A stretch of DNA of 56,790 bases, the filler included, from Streblomastix strix (Eukaryota): the NCBI GenBank assembly GCA_008636045.1. It is 2 parts of 2 records of this genome, joined end to end, with 100 filler letters (N's around TTAATTAATTAA, not from the genome) between each part and the next. Parts side by side here need not be neighbours in the genome. Positions count along the whole stretch, not along the records: positions 1 to 28,364 come from SNRW01000125.1; positions 28,465 to 56,790 come from SNRW01000126.1. One strand, 5' to 3'. Shown piece by piece: positions 24,037-38,069 of the stretch. Every line of letters begins with the position of its first letter. Position 1 is the stretch's first letter. Position numbers and translations under genes: made by a program. The notes beneath the pieces are model-generated. The model saw nothing but the letters and a program-made list of their open reading frames with translations. It was not told the DNA's origin and searched no databases.

Positions 24037-27000
24037 TCAAATTTCAATTTCTTTCTCTTTATAATTGCTATTTATGAAGTTTCATATTATATCAATGCGT
24101 TTGTTTATGATGATAAAGGCTATAGTTCTTCAACATTTGAATTTGAATTTTTTTCTTATTATTGTTATTATTCTTATTTACATTCATCATTATTTAATTC
24201 ACTTTTCTTTTTATTTGTTTTATTATTATTACTACTACTACTACTATTAACATCATTATTATCATATGTATCTCCAACAATTGAATGAAGGGGCTGGAGG
24301 AGGTGCATTAGGAATAATAATTTGTGTAGAAGGCAAAATTAAGGGTTTTTGGAATTTAAACCTAAATTTGGTTTTGATTTTCATTTTTCATTTTCATTGT
24401 TTATTCCATCTTTTTAGTCAATGTTTTATTCATATTCAGGAGCTGGTGCATTTGGAGTAGGTTGAGATGCTTTTATTATCTGTGATTATTGAAGCGATGT
24501 TTGTTAAAAAGAAGAAGAAAATAATTTTCCATCTTTTTGTTTATCTTTTGTTTTTTCTTTATGTTTTTCTTTGTCTTTTTCTTTTTGCTTCTGTTTCTTC
24601 TTCTGACTTTTCTTCGTATCCAAATCAAAGTAAGAATCGAGTCCTTTTTCTTCTTCTTCCCAAATTCTGACATATTCTTCATTTTCATATTCATATTCTC
24701 AATTTTGTTAATGGTCAACCCCGCGAATATCATAATGTGTTTATTATTAATTCTAATTAATTTATTATTTCATTTCTTTATCCTAATAATGTTTCTATAA
24801 TTAATTAATATTATCATTATTACTAATTTTACTATTATTATTATTATTATTATTACTTATCTTCACATTCATATCTGGTCAAGGTGCTGGATCTCGATTT
24901 ATCACAGTAAATCTAAAAACAGCAGAAACAGGTCTATGATCAACAAATGAGTATTTCTGATGCTTCGAATACAAAAGAGGATCAATTTCAAAATATTGTT
25001 TAGTCTCATCATTGAACAAACCGTTTATGTCTTCTGGCGTATGTAGATTACCAACGATTTAATCGTTGTAGTAATTCTCTATGTGTGCTTGTTGTTTAGA
25101 ACATGATTATGATTATTAGTTGCTCTTTTCATTTCATATTCAATATGGAACTGTTGATTCTGCAATGATAGATAAATTCGAAGATGGTGATGAAGAAGAA
25201 GATGAATATGATTCAGATATTGATCTTTATGCATTGGATGATTAATCAGTATTAAATTGTGAACTTGAAATTGATTTCACTGGATTTGAAGCTATTGGAA
25301 GTAATTTTTTTAATTATTATTGTTATTATTATATTTATTATATAGAAACATTTGTTTCTGAAGATAAAGGTTATGGTGGTTCACCATTTGAATTTGAATC
25401 TTTAATTGGGTATTATTATTATTATTTTAACTAATTCATAGGTTTTTATGATGCAAATAATTGATTTGATCGAAGCGAAGTTCTGTTTAGAGGTGATGAA
25501 GATGAATTTATTGGTAATATCAATGATTGAATCAGTGACATTGGTCGTATTGAAGAATTACTGATCATTGGAATTGATTGAGAAAGAATTAGTGTTTATG
25601 AAGCTTATTATTTGTTCAGTTAGATTTGATCAATTAATTATTTATTATTATCAATTGATTGTTCATCTTTATTTATTTATTCATTTTTATCTGAAATATT
25701 TTCATTTTCATATTTCATATCTTCCAATTATTTATTTTCTTTATCTTTCTTATCTAATATTATAGTTATTATTATTATTATTTATTCTCAGAATCTTCAT
25801 TCTCTTACTCAGATATCATTTTATGCAGTGTCTATAAATTGAATATTGTTAATTGAGTCAATTTTTTCTCTTTTTGATTAAAAATTGTCTGTGTCGGTTA
25901 TGTATTTCGATTCTCAAATACTGGTAATGGTGCTAATGGAGTTCAAATTGGCTTCTTTTTGTCATATTTATCTGAAAATTTTGTATTTGACTCATTTTAC
26001 TGCTAATTTTCTTATTCCACATCAGATTACTGAACTTTTTCCTATTTCTATTCATTCAATTAATTATCATACAAATTCAAATTCAATTTTTATTCAATTT
26101 TTTTTATTTTAATGATTTATTTCATTTTCCAATAATAATAATTCATATGGAGGAGGTACTAATGGGAAATCTGGAGGTTTTGGAGGAGGAAATGGAGTTG
26201 GATATCTGTCAGAATCAGATGATGAAGAAGATGATATGGAATATCTTCTTTCAAATGGATGATTCTCATATGATTCATTTGTTGTATTTGTATTTCGTTG
26301 TTGATAGTTTGTTGATCATGTTGTTTATAATTCATGTTATTATTGATCAAGGGTGTATAATTGAGAATTCAAAGTTTAGTTAGAAATAGAAAATGAATAA
26401 TTTGATGATGAATATGAAGATGTTGACTGATATGTTGATGTAGATATATATAATCATTAAGGATGTTATAATATATTTGATTGATTTAAGGATAATAATT
26501 ATGATTGTTGTATTAATGATAATTAATTCTTGAGGTTTGGAACTTGTGCTAGATTGTTTCTGCGGAAGAGAACAATGTCACACCATGCAGGAAGTTACAT
26601 CTTATGACTAAGATAATATATTATAATAATAAATAATAAAATAAAATATAATAAAATATAAAAAATATATTAATAAAAAATAATAATAAAAATAAATATT
26701 TAGAATTTTTTATTCATTATTCAAACCTCGTATCAAACACATGGCTCCCAACATTAAACCTGTAACTTGGACCCCAAGTGATCATCATCTCTTCAAACAC
26801 ATGAAAACTTCTCCTCTAATACCTTTCCATATTCAACTCATCAAAACTTAATAGTCTTTCTAATTTACAAGATAATAAAGCTCTTTCAATATGTTTTCAT
26901 TGCATCTCCATCCACATACCCAAGTTTAAGTCGACCATCAAGAATCAGTAATCGTGCTTGTTGGCTGGTATGCATGATTGAGATAATTTATCAAAGAAGG

Positions 27001-27335
27001 ATTCGCACATCATGGAATGGAAATCGTCACGACGTCGACTTGTTGTTTCTGAAAATATTTGGAAAATTATTTGATAATTAAATTAATAGGGGAAATTATA
27101 AGCAAAAATTTACTTATATTTTGAAAAAATAAATACCTCAACCACTTGTTAAATGGCTTGCAATAATGCAGAATGGTCTACCTTTAAGCTCAAAGCTTAA
27201 ACAAATTGCTTCTTTGTTTGGCAGATCAAACTTCCCTCGTTTTACCATGCTCATTTTCAGAATGTTAAAGTATGGTTTTAGATTCTTGTGAATAATAACT
27301 GACTGTGTAAGACCAAATAACTTTTCTGACAAAAT
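24037..27335 (-). pseudogene. Inositol polyphosphate 5-phosphatase family gene (5'-incomplete, possibly disrupted), with introns ~27050-27137 and ~26610-26786
   Basis: NKEAICLSFELKGRPFCIIASHLTSG, FLMVDLNLG, FEEMMITWGPSYRF, LPAWCDIVLF and FVDHRPVSAVF. In-frame TGA at 26945-26947. Confidence 0.75.
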
Positions 27336-27895
27336 CTATTTAATATATAAGTGAAAAATGTTTTGAATAATTAATTTAGAAAAAGTCATAATAGAAAAAA
27401 TAAATATTATTTTAATATAATTTCTTAAAATAAACAAAATAATACATATTCAATCAATAAATATAGAAGGTTTTATGACGAAAAATAAGATTTTAGATTA
27501 ATTAATAATTGGCTCGAAAATTTCTTGTTTGAATCTTATAATATTGTAAATATTTTAATCGTATATTTTAAATATCACTAAATTTAATAAAATTATATAG
27601 TGGTTATAGATATATATCACTTTAAAGTTTTTTCATCGGGCATATGTTATAAATGTAAACTCTTCAAAATTATTAATAATTTACATATTATATATGGCAA
27701 TCTCCACTTGCAAACTTTGCCAGGAATTCGGTGTAATGCACAGTTGCGAAATTAAAGTTCCAATCTCAATAAAATATTGGATTTTATATTTTTATTTTTG
27801 CTATAAAATTATGCTATTAAAAAACATGTTATGCAAATTGGTATGAAATAAACACTTATTACTCAAAAATGAAAAACTGATAAAACTCATTGATA

Positions 27896-28099
27896 TCACC
27901 ATCGCTTTGTATTGCTTTTGTGAATATAGAAGTTCAGAATCTGTCTTTTGGCCAAATTTGCTAAATATTTGATATCATCACCAAATGCTCCTTTCCCTTT
28001 ATTTATTAATTATGATTCAACTTCTTCATTTCCTCCTTCTTCTTCGATTTGTTCGATACAGCTTTTAGAAAGAGCTGATTTTGCTGGGAAGGATGGTTA

Positions 28100-28165
<66 letters not shown>

Positions 28166-28181
28166 GTTATTATTGTTATTA

Positions 28182-28267
<86 letters not shown>

Positions 28268-28272
28268 GTAAA

Positions 28273-28360
<88 letters not shown>

Positions 28361-28364
28361 GTTA
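27896..28364 (-). CDS. 3' end of a hypothetical protein gene, preceded by a poly-Asn (AAT)n tract; cut by the gap
   Basis: (N)n-QPSFPAKSALSKSCIEQIEEEGGNEEVESQLINKGKGAFGDDIKYLANLAKRQILNFYIHKSNTKRW-TGA. Confidence 0.6.
28101..28364. repeat. (TTA)n microsatellite
   Basis: About 260 bp of TAT/TGT triplets ending at the gap. Confidence 0.95.
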
Positions 28365-28464
28365 NNNNNNNNNNNNNNNNNNNNNNNNNNNNNNNNNNNN
28401 NNNNNNNNTTAATTAATTAANNNNNNNNNNNNNNNNNNNNNNNNNNNNNNNNNNNNNNNNNNNN
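28365..28464. other. Artificial contig linker N44-TTAATTAATTAA-N44
   Basis: Exactly 100 bp, symmetric, with the six-frame TAA stop spacer at 28409-28420. Confidence 0.95.
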
Positions 28465-31400
28465 AAAGCGATTATTTTTCAATTGAAAGAATATTCTCAA
28501 ATCCATTTGGATTTATCATCAGAATTGACCAGAAGAAGAATGAGCCAACAAAGAAAGCACTCATTATAAGAATAACTTTATAACTTTTGCCTCCAGCTCG
28601 AATTGAATATATAATTCCTTCTATTCCTACAATTATAAGCCAAATTCCATTAATCAACCAAGTTATTGTTAAGAGACCAAATCCATATTTAGGCATATAA
28701 TATACTAATGAGAATATGAATGATTAAACACTGCAAAGAACTTGAATTATACTGAAGAATAAATAGACTTGGTGAAATTTGCTTAGTTTACTATAACAAT
28801 CAGAACAGCATTCTGAACAACAATTAGAACATCCTGAACAGCAATCAGAACAACATTCTCCTAAGAATTCACAACATCCAGAACAACATTCTACTAAGCA
28901 TTCACAACATCCTAAACAGCATTCTCCTAAGCAAGAACAACAACCAGAAATACATTCTCCTAAGCGTTCACACCATTCAAAAATACATACCAAAGTACAC
29001 AAGCCTATGATTGTTCCTACCAAAACCACAGAACAATATACAATAGCAAATATTGTCTACCAAGGTAAATTAGATTTATTATCATCATTCCAATAATCTT
29101 CAAGATTTTTATTCCAATAATCTTCAAGATATTATTATTATTTTTTTTTAATTTAATCAATTGTTAAATTATTAAATATTGTTAAATTAGTTGGTATTCC
29201 TTCAAGTTCATTTTTATTAGATATTCCATCACTGTAATTCCCTTTAACATATTTACCTTTATATCCATATTAACACCATTCTTTTACTTTAGTCATTACT
29301 ACATACAAACTTTATCCTCCATCATCTGCTGAATTATTGAATATTTTCATTCCTCTAAAATCTAATTTATTTGAATTGATATTATAATCTCCATCTCCCT
29401 AAAGAAAGATTCCACCGTCAAATCCAGTTGGAAAAAATGATGATTAATTTGAAAATGCTTGACATCCTTTAATTAATACATCATTAATAATAAACTGAAT
29501 TTGAGTAGAAGAATTTATATGTATATATATTCCACCTCCATTTGGAGCTCTGCAATTATTGATTACCATGTTACTAAGTGAAATTGATTAGTTTATTTAG
29601 CAATATATTCCTCCACCACTTTCAGTAGCAGAGCAATTATCTATGAGAATATTATTTGATTAATTTAATGAAATATTATTATTATTATCATATTATCCAA
29701 TATATATTCCGCCACCATATTTAGCCGAGCACTCTTTGAATATAAGATTGTTTGAAGTTACTGTAAGGATGGAATTATTATAATAATAATTATTACAAAG
29801 ATACAATCCCCCTCCATATTATGCTGTACAATTAAAGAATGTTGTATTAATAAACTCCAGAGTATAATTACTATTATATTCAAAATATATTCCTCCACCA
29901 ATTGTAGCTCTACAATTGTTGAATGTTGATCCATTAATAACTTACCTGGATTGATAAGAATCCGGATAAAGACTGATTCCACCACCATATCTACTGCTGC
30001 AATTCTCAAATATGACTTTGTTCAAATTAGCGACACCATAATCAAACATAAAAATAACAGCTCCTCCATTAATTTAACAACCTCTGAAGATGCAATCTTC
30101 CAAAGTGAGTTAAGCATTGGGAAGAAAAATTCCAGCAAGAAGCCCACTACCACTACGGTTGCAATCTATGAATTAACATTATCCATCAATTGTTAATTTA
30201 GCTCCTGAAAATATATCAGAATAGATTCCACTGCCTTCAAATTCGGCTTTACATTCTTTAAATGTAGAATTGGAAATATAAGTCTGAGCTCCATTTGATA
30301 ATCTTATAGATAAAGCTCCTCCATGTGGTGCGTTTTCGTATGATGAGTCTATTTCACAATTAATGAAGTTGCAGTTATTTATAATTAATCTACTTTATGA
30401 ATTATTCAATTCTATCTCCATTACTCCACCATAAATAAAAGTACTTCTATTATTAATATTATATCTTGAAATGTTTTCAAAGTTGCAATCAATTATGTTT
30501 GTAAAACTCGATGAGTTACTTATATAGATTGAACTGGTATTAGTTTGTATGTTTGTGATATTCAGATTTGTAATTGTAAGATTTCCATTATCTAATTAAA
30601 TAAGTCTCTTTTGAATTGTTATTCCTTATTAATTCATTCTCATTTAACAGTCATTCAATTCAATTGAACTTAATGATCCTGATCCTTATATAATATAATT
30701 ACCAACAGTTCCTCCAAATGATACAATGAAATTGATCTTATCAAATAGAATTGAACCTGTAACACTAAAATATGTGTTTGTTTCATTAATAATTATATCA
30801 CCAAATGAAGAAAGACTTGTTGAATCTTTTGCAAATCTTCTTACTGGAGATGTTTATGTAATTGTAAGTGTAGATGGAATAGTCGTTCTATCATAGATAT
30901 AGACATTGAAGTCATTTTCTGTATTAAGATTATTCTTTATTGTACTTGCATTGAGTGTCTTACATGGACTTGATGATGTGCATGTTCGTGAATCAATACC
31001 TTAGTATCTTACATAATAATCTTCACAATTGACATCTAATAAACCAATTGATGATGAGAATATTAGAAGCATTATGATGATAATTGAAAAGTTCTTATGA
31101 TTATTATATTTTAGTTTATTATCTATAATTGATTATTCATTATTGAAGATAAATTGCATTACTACTGAGTAAATGAAATGTGTAATAATAGATATAACTG
31201 CAGTAAATCCTATCAAATGAGAAATGAGCTAACAAATGAAGTTTAGAAGTTCCTATATGTTATGGTGATGATTTATTTCAAATTGATTATTTTTTATTAA
31301 TAATGAATGATTATTGAGATAAGAAATTGGTTCAGTATATCTTTATGTGGAAGAAATAGTGTAGTTAGAATAATGGTCATACATCGACAATGAATTATCC

Positions 31401-31780
31401 AATATGTAACAGATATACTTCTCATAATTTATGAAAGCTTAACAGTTCATAGGCATATAGCTAGCGAATAGCTCATAAGATAATTTCGAATTTGGCAATT
31501 CAACAATATTTTAGTTCAATTTAGTTGCAAAGATTTACGGATAGTGACACCGATCAATATTTTCTGGGTGTTATACCAATCCAATAAAAGGATGTGAAGC
31601 GCCGTTCAAAATATGGTTGTTAATTTTGATTGCCGCATTGACGTCTATAGGTAAAGTATTTGGCAAGTTCATCACTTTTATTGCCAATAATGTAGCCTAT
31701 CCAAGCAACAGAGAACAGATAACTGCAAATGAAATGCAGTACGTTGATAATGACGATTGAAACTTCAGCGAGTTTTTCAT
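28465..31780 (-). CDS. Large membrane/surface protein: parallel beta-helix (GGGIY) repeats, TM, Cys-rich repeat, further TMs; 3'-truncated at the gap
   Basis: Single intronless frame of ~1105 codons from MKNSLKFQ. Repeats 'F.NC.A.YGGGIY', then hydrophobic segments, (GCCECLxECCS)n and more TM helices. Confidence 0.8.
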
Positions 31781-32818
31781 GCGTGAATCTATTTGTATAA
31801 TAAATAGATAAAGATAAAATTATGCGCTAATTTATTTATTGATCTATTAAAATGCATTTGCAACAAGTTATATAATGGTAATCGAACAGAAAATGCTTTT
31901 TTAATAAAATATTATTCTAAGTTCTTAGATATGTAATATTTTATATTAATATTATTATTAAAATATCTATAATATTGAATTAATTATTAATTAAATACAA
32001 ATATTCACAATTATTAATTGGTTAAGATGATAAAAAAAACTTTCTTTCGATATGAATATCTTTATAGATTTTAAAATAAATTTTGATTTGATTAAAAAAA
32101 TATTCATAAATATTCATTTTGATCATCATAAAAACATAATATTAAATAATTTCAACTACCAATAATTATTTACTCACAGTTTAAAATAGTTTGTTTTTTT
32201 TCTGAAATTTTTTTTAATATTTTTAAATTCAAATATTAATATATATAACAGATTTAAAACAATTATATAAATAATAATATATAAATATTACAATGAAAAT
32301 ATAAGAATTTCAAGAAAAAAATTAATTAAAAAAATCACTAAAAAATAAAATAAATTAAAATAAAAAATATATTATTTTATGTTTATTTTGATTAATAAAC
32401 GCAATTTTCAATCTTTATCATCAAATTAATCATATGGATGATCTTTATCTAAATATGAATCAACACTATCCAAATCAAGATTTAATTCTTATCCTTCATC
32501 TTCATCTGGTTTTATTTTGTCTTATTTCTTCTTTTATTTCTGCTTTTTCTTGATTTCTTTCTCCTGTTGCTTCTTTTTGTCTAATAAAGCTGGTAAATCA
32601 ACATCTTCTTCTGATGTTGTGTATAAGATACCAAATAAGACATCTCCTAAATGAAGGAATTCATCTGCACCATCTTCTTCTTTTATCACGCAGTTGTTCT
32701 TCTGGGTTTTCTAAGTTTGGCATAAAATGAAATGTGTAAAATAATAATAAAAATAAAATACAGATATAAAAATACAATAATTTTTTTCATATTAAACTAA
32801 ATTAATTACTATAATTAA

Positions 32819-32823
<5 letters not shown>

Positions 32824-32897
<74 letters not shown>
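32824..32897. repeat. (TA)n microsatellite, intronic
   Basis: Direct observation. Confidence 0.95.
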
Positions 32898-32899
<2 letters not shown>

Positions 32900-33789
32900 C
32901 ATACTGATACAAACAACTCTCCAACAGGTTCATCCCAAAGAATTCTGTTCTAATCCCAGACTTCAAATTTAACTTCTCGATCTTTAGTTTTCTTAGGATC
33001 AAAATCAAACTTATATTATCTGTTATAAACTGGATGCAATGTCTTATGTGCAACTTCAGTTCTAAATTCTTATCCTCCTAAACTAAACACAACATATGGA
33101 ACAGATTTTCCACTAACATCAAATGGGATTAGATCGATAAATTCCTCCAAATATATATAAACATATCCAGGTACAAAATAAGTTTCATTCATTTTAATAT
33201 GTTCTGTCAGTTTCTTATTCTCTTCTCTCACGTTCTTTGACATTTGCAGCGATGGCTTCAGGAGATGGAATCTTTAATCTCGCAGCTTCACGGAGTGCTT
33301 TGATGGTTCTCTGACCTTGTGGAGGTTATGGTGGTTTACTTTTTTTTTAATTATTATTCAAAATCTTATTTTGATTTTCTTTATTTCGGCTTTTCTTTCT
33401 CCAATTCTTTTTCTTTCTCTTTATCCAATTTCTCTTATTTCTATTGTTCCTTATCAATCATCTTATTATAATCTTATTGTGGTAGATATACTATTTCTAT
33501 ATACATATCTCCTGCTGCTTCATTCTAACCTTCATCTTGATCATCAATTAGATTAAGATGATACTTTTATGGGTTGAGGAAGTAACGACCGAACTATGAA
33601 TGGAAATAAATATATGGAAATAAATTAAAATATTTTTAAGTAAATAATTCATATTTTAATATATATTTTTATAAATTAATCATTCATTATCAACACATAT
33701 ACAAACACAAATATTAACATGTACAAATATAATAATATATAAATAATATATAAACCGGAATCGCAACTCTACCAACAAAAACTTCATCT

Positions 33790-34050
33790 TCATAATCATA
33801 ATCATCTTCATCACTTTCATATTCTTCATCTTCTTCCTTATCATATTTCTTCATCTTCATCCTTATCATATTTCTTCATCTTCATCACTTTCATATTCTT
33901 CATCTTCTTCCTTATCATTTTTCTTCATCTTCATCCTTATCATATTTCTTCATCTTCATCCTTATCATATTTCTTCATCTTCATCCTTATCATATTTCTT
34001 CATCTTCATCCTTATCATATTTCTTCATCTTCATCCTTATCATATTTCTT
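33790..34050. repeat. 25-bp tandem repeat CATATTTCTTCATCTTCATCCTTAT with shorter variants
   Basis: About 8-10 copies inside a C2-coding exon. Confidence 0.85.
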
Positions 34051-37000
34051 CTTCTTATTATCCCAGACTTCAATAAACAATTCTCTTTCATTTGTCTACT
34101 GTGGATCAAAGTCAATATCAAACAGTTCATCATAATCAACATCAATTGCTTTGTGGTATGTTTTGGTTTCTTTCTCTTCTGCTCCAATAATCAATTTCGT
34201 CAATGGATTGAATATTTGTTTTGATTCGTTTTGCGCTAAATTGTTCAAATCGAGAACTTTAACTCTGACAACTCTATTTATATATTCAAATTCATCAAGT
34301 TCTCTTCCTTGAACTTTCAATGGATCAAAATAATCAAAATTTTTTTATTTATTATCATTTTTCTTATTTTTCTTCTCTTTCATCTTCTAATCCAATTCTT
34401 TCTATTTTTGTTTTTATTCTTTCTGTTTTTGTTCTTATTCTTTCTGCTTCTTTTTGTTCTCTTCATCAATCTTATCCTAGATATATTTCTCTTCTGATAT
34501 GTATATCACTGAAAAACATACTTTCCCACAATTCTTCTCTTATTCTTATCTTTACTTCAGAGATAACTAAGATTGTGAATGATTGTATCCTTCTGTATCT
34601 TTCTTCTTGTATATGAAGACTTCATTGCAGGTCTCACGTTCATATATGGGGAGGATTATATATTAATTAAATTAATATATAATAATTATCCATTTAAATA
34701 AATTTATTATATATTTCAAATAAACTTAAATAATCAATGATAAAAATAAATATATTTATTGTATATATTTCAATCAAATATTTAAAATTCAATCAATATG
34801 CGCAAACCTCCACAATTCCAGCTCCATTCAGATCATTGCTCCCAATTCTGTCATAATCCCAAACTTCAACATCGATCTATTTCCATTCCTTCATCTTATT
34901 AGGAATATATAACAGCTCAAATTATTCACTAGCATAATCATATTTTATTGTGTTATGAGCAATTTAAGTCTATTTTGATTCATCAGAATCAAGTTTGAAT
35001 TCAACAAATGGATCGCATTTGCCCATGAAATCCATTTCAGGTAAATCTCAAACTTTGACATTTCGGATCTTAACTACTCCTTTGATGTATTTGGAATCAT
35101 TTTCATCATATTTCATTTTTTTGGGTTCTTTTTTGGATTTATTTTTTGAATCTGGATCCGATTCATCTTCTTCTTCATTATCACCACTTTTATCTTCTGA
35201 GTTTGAATCTGAATCATAATCTTTTTATTTGGGTTTCTATCTTATTTTAATTAATTATCTTTATCTTTATTTTTATTTTTAGACTTATTAAATTAATCTT
35301 AATCTTTACCAAATTAATCTTTATATTATAGTGGTTATCTTTTTCTCTATTTTTCTTTCTTTATCTTATTATTTAGGTTTATTGTCTTCATCTTCCGAGT
35401 TTGAATCTGATTAATAATCAATTTATTTTGGTTTCTATCTTATTTTCTATTGATTTACTTTTTCTTCATCTTTTTCTTATTATTTCTTTTCAGGTTTATA
35501 AATCATGGTCAAGTTAATTATTCCATTGTTTTTATCTGGTTATGATTATGCGAGATTTGCTTTCAGTTTTGATTTGTCCTTCTTCTTATCTGGTTTTGGC
35601 TGTAAATACAATTCAAAATCTAATTCATATTATAGAGCGGGAAGTATCTGTTGTAGGAAGATAGATAGATAAAAATAAATATGAATAAATTAAAAATAAT
35701 AAAGTAAATAATAAGTGCATTATATTTAAATAAAACAAATTATTAATATAATCTATTTATAAATATATAATAATATATAATATACAATATATATACCTCC
35801 ACATTCACAGATCCAATCAAATCATCTAAACCAACTTTATCATAATCTCAAACTTCAAGAGTAACATTTCCATCTCCTTTCATTATATTAGGATCATAAA
35901 TCATCTCATATTCTTCACCTTCATAGAAATAATTCAAAGTATTCTTAGCTACTGAAGTCTGCTTCTCATCATTTCCTAGTCTTAATAAAACATATAGATC
36001 GCATTTTCCAATTAAATCCTTCTTAGGAAGATCTTCAACTGATATATTACTCAATATAATTTTACATTTCACATATTTCAGACTTTTGGCTTCTATCATT
36101 TTTTCTTGTCTTTTGCATTTTCCAGTTTATTGATCCTATCCTGCATCTATTAAACTGCTTCATCTTCTTTTTTACGTTCTTCATCTTCTTTTTTCTTTTC
36201 ATTCTGCAATTATGGGATAAATTCAATTGTTAAATAGACAATTCATGTTGGTTCATCATAATCATCTTGAATTTTGACTTCTTTGTCTTGTTTGTTGTTC
36301 AGGAAGGGAAGGATCTGTGAAATTAAATGTTATATATTATATTTGAATAAATATATACAAATAACAATAATTTAATTTAATATAAAAAAATTTATTATAA
36401 ATAAAAATATAATCACACATTAACATTCGCACCGCCGATCTTATCATCAGAAGCATAGTCATCCTTATCCCAGTCTTCAATCTTCATTGAATCTGATTAA
36501 TTTGGATCAAATTGATACTCAAACTCAAATTATTCATTGAATTCAGCTTTAGTTGCTCCTTTTTTTAGGTTTAGTTTTCTCTATTTAATTCATAACCTAC
36601 AAAGAATCATAATATCTTTTTTTAGCTTCGGGATCGTACGTTACGAAATCACGCACACTATGGACAGTTATTTTCAATATTCCTTTCTTGTTCTCATTTT
36701 CTGATTATTTCGCTTTTTGTGCTTATTTCTGTCTTTTATCTTTCAGTTTCGAAAGAAGATATGCCATAGATCCTTTATATATCATCTATTTCATGTTGAA
36801 GATCTTCCAGCATTTTGTCTTCAAATGCCACTTGCTTCAGATGTTATGTTTTTGAAAGATCTACTTCGTAGTATTATTGTTATTTTTAATCAATCGCGAT
36901 TTTCATTTCTTCAATAAGTTTAATGACATCTTTGGTATTTAGTGTCTATCCATCTTTTCTAATGGGGGCAATCTTTCGTTACCTCTCAATGTTGGAAGGA

Positions 37001-38069
37001 GAACTGGCAATTACTTCTGGAGAACAATTTGAATCAAATTTTACTCGTCTTAAATCTGAATCGCCGTTTCTGCTCATTGATCAGGATTCTGTTTAATATT
37101 TTGATAAGACCGAATCAAATAATAAATAAATATTTTTAAAAATTAAAATAATGTAAAAGATTTAACAAGTAAAATGCAATTAATTGAAGAAAAATTTTGA
37201 TTTTTAAGTTTCGGATCAACAACATAGAGTATATTATAAATATTACATAAAATGGATGTCAATAGATATATTAATTTGGTATCAATATTTTATAAATGAA
37301 GAAAATTGGAGGTGCGATTAGAAAACGTCTATTAGCCTGAAATTTTGTAGAATTTGTTTAAGTTCGCAGATGATATTTTGTAAGTATATCAAATAGAATA
37401 ATTGTTTGCAAAATTCAAAAATATTATTAAATTATAAAATATTACGTAAAAGAAAAGTCGACAGTGTTCAGGATGGTCAAAATTTTGGTTAAGTTCTTGG
37501 TGCGCCCTTGTTTATTTCGCATAACTATGAATTTTGGCATAACTATATTCAATCTGACAAAATTAATTATTTTAATGTCAAACGCTACCAATTTAAACAG
37601 CTTAACTTGAATTGAACTCCAGAAAATTATTTATCGTTTTTTAAATGCATTAGAATAAGTTTAATAATTTTTTTACCGTTCAAAAAATCTAAAAATAATA
37701 AACACTAGTTTGAATTAAAATAAAATTCAGATTAAACTACTAGACATCGGAATGTAAACTTTTTTTATTTTTTTTAAAAAAAATTGCATTTCACATTCTT
37801 GAAGATATATAAACAGTGTTTTTACCTATGTATTATATCTATTATCACATTATTCATTGAAATATCACATTATTCTCGATATATCAAATTACATCTCACT
37901 ATTTTTCCATTTTTTACTATTTTTTTTATTTTTTTACAAATTATTCTTCTGATTTATGAAACATCTATTTTTAAAAAATTTAATTTTTTTAAAAAATTTA
38001 ATTTTTTTAAAATAATTTAATTTGTTTTTAATTTTTCGTTTGCCAGTGATTTTCCCTATAAACATAGGA

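Larger units (their letters stand above)
32408..37077 (-). pseudogene. Multi-C2-domain protein gene (about 5 C2 domains, several introns) with apparent frameshifts and stops
   Basis: C2 motifs near 36420-36690, 35800-36075 (LPKKDLIGKCDLYV..EVQDYDKVGLDDLIG), 34810-35095 (LPEMDFMGKCDPFV..VWDYDRIGSNDL), 33760-34280 and 32925-33190. GT-AG introns fall after the final C2 strands. Confidence 0.75.

Noticed and set aside
10152..26947. TGA read-through (Trp/Sec) suggested by scattered in-frame TGAs
   Set aside because: They occur in genes with other signs of decay (frameshifts or altered catalytic motifs), while intact genes use TGG for Trp and end in TGA.
28081..28416. Poly-Tyr ORF
   Set aside because: It is the antisense reading of the (AAT)n microsatellite running into the N linker.
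32802..33053. ORF ending (IY)n
   Set aside because: It reads a C2 exon in the wrong frame into an intronic (TA)n tract.
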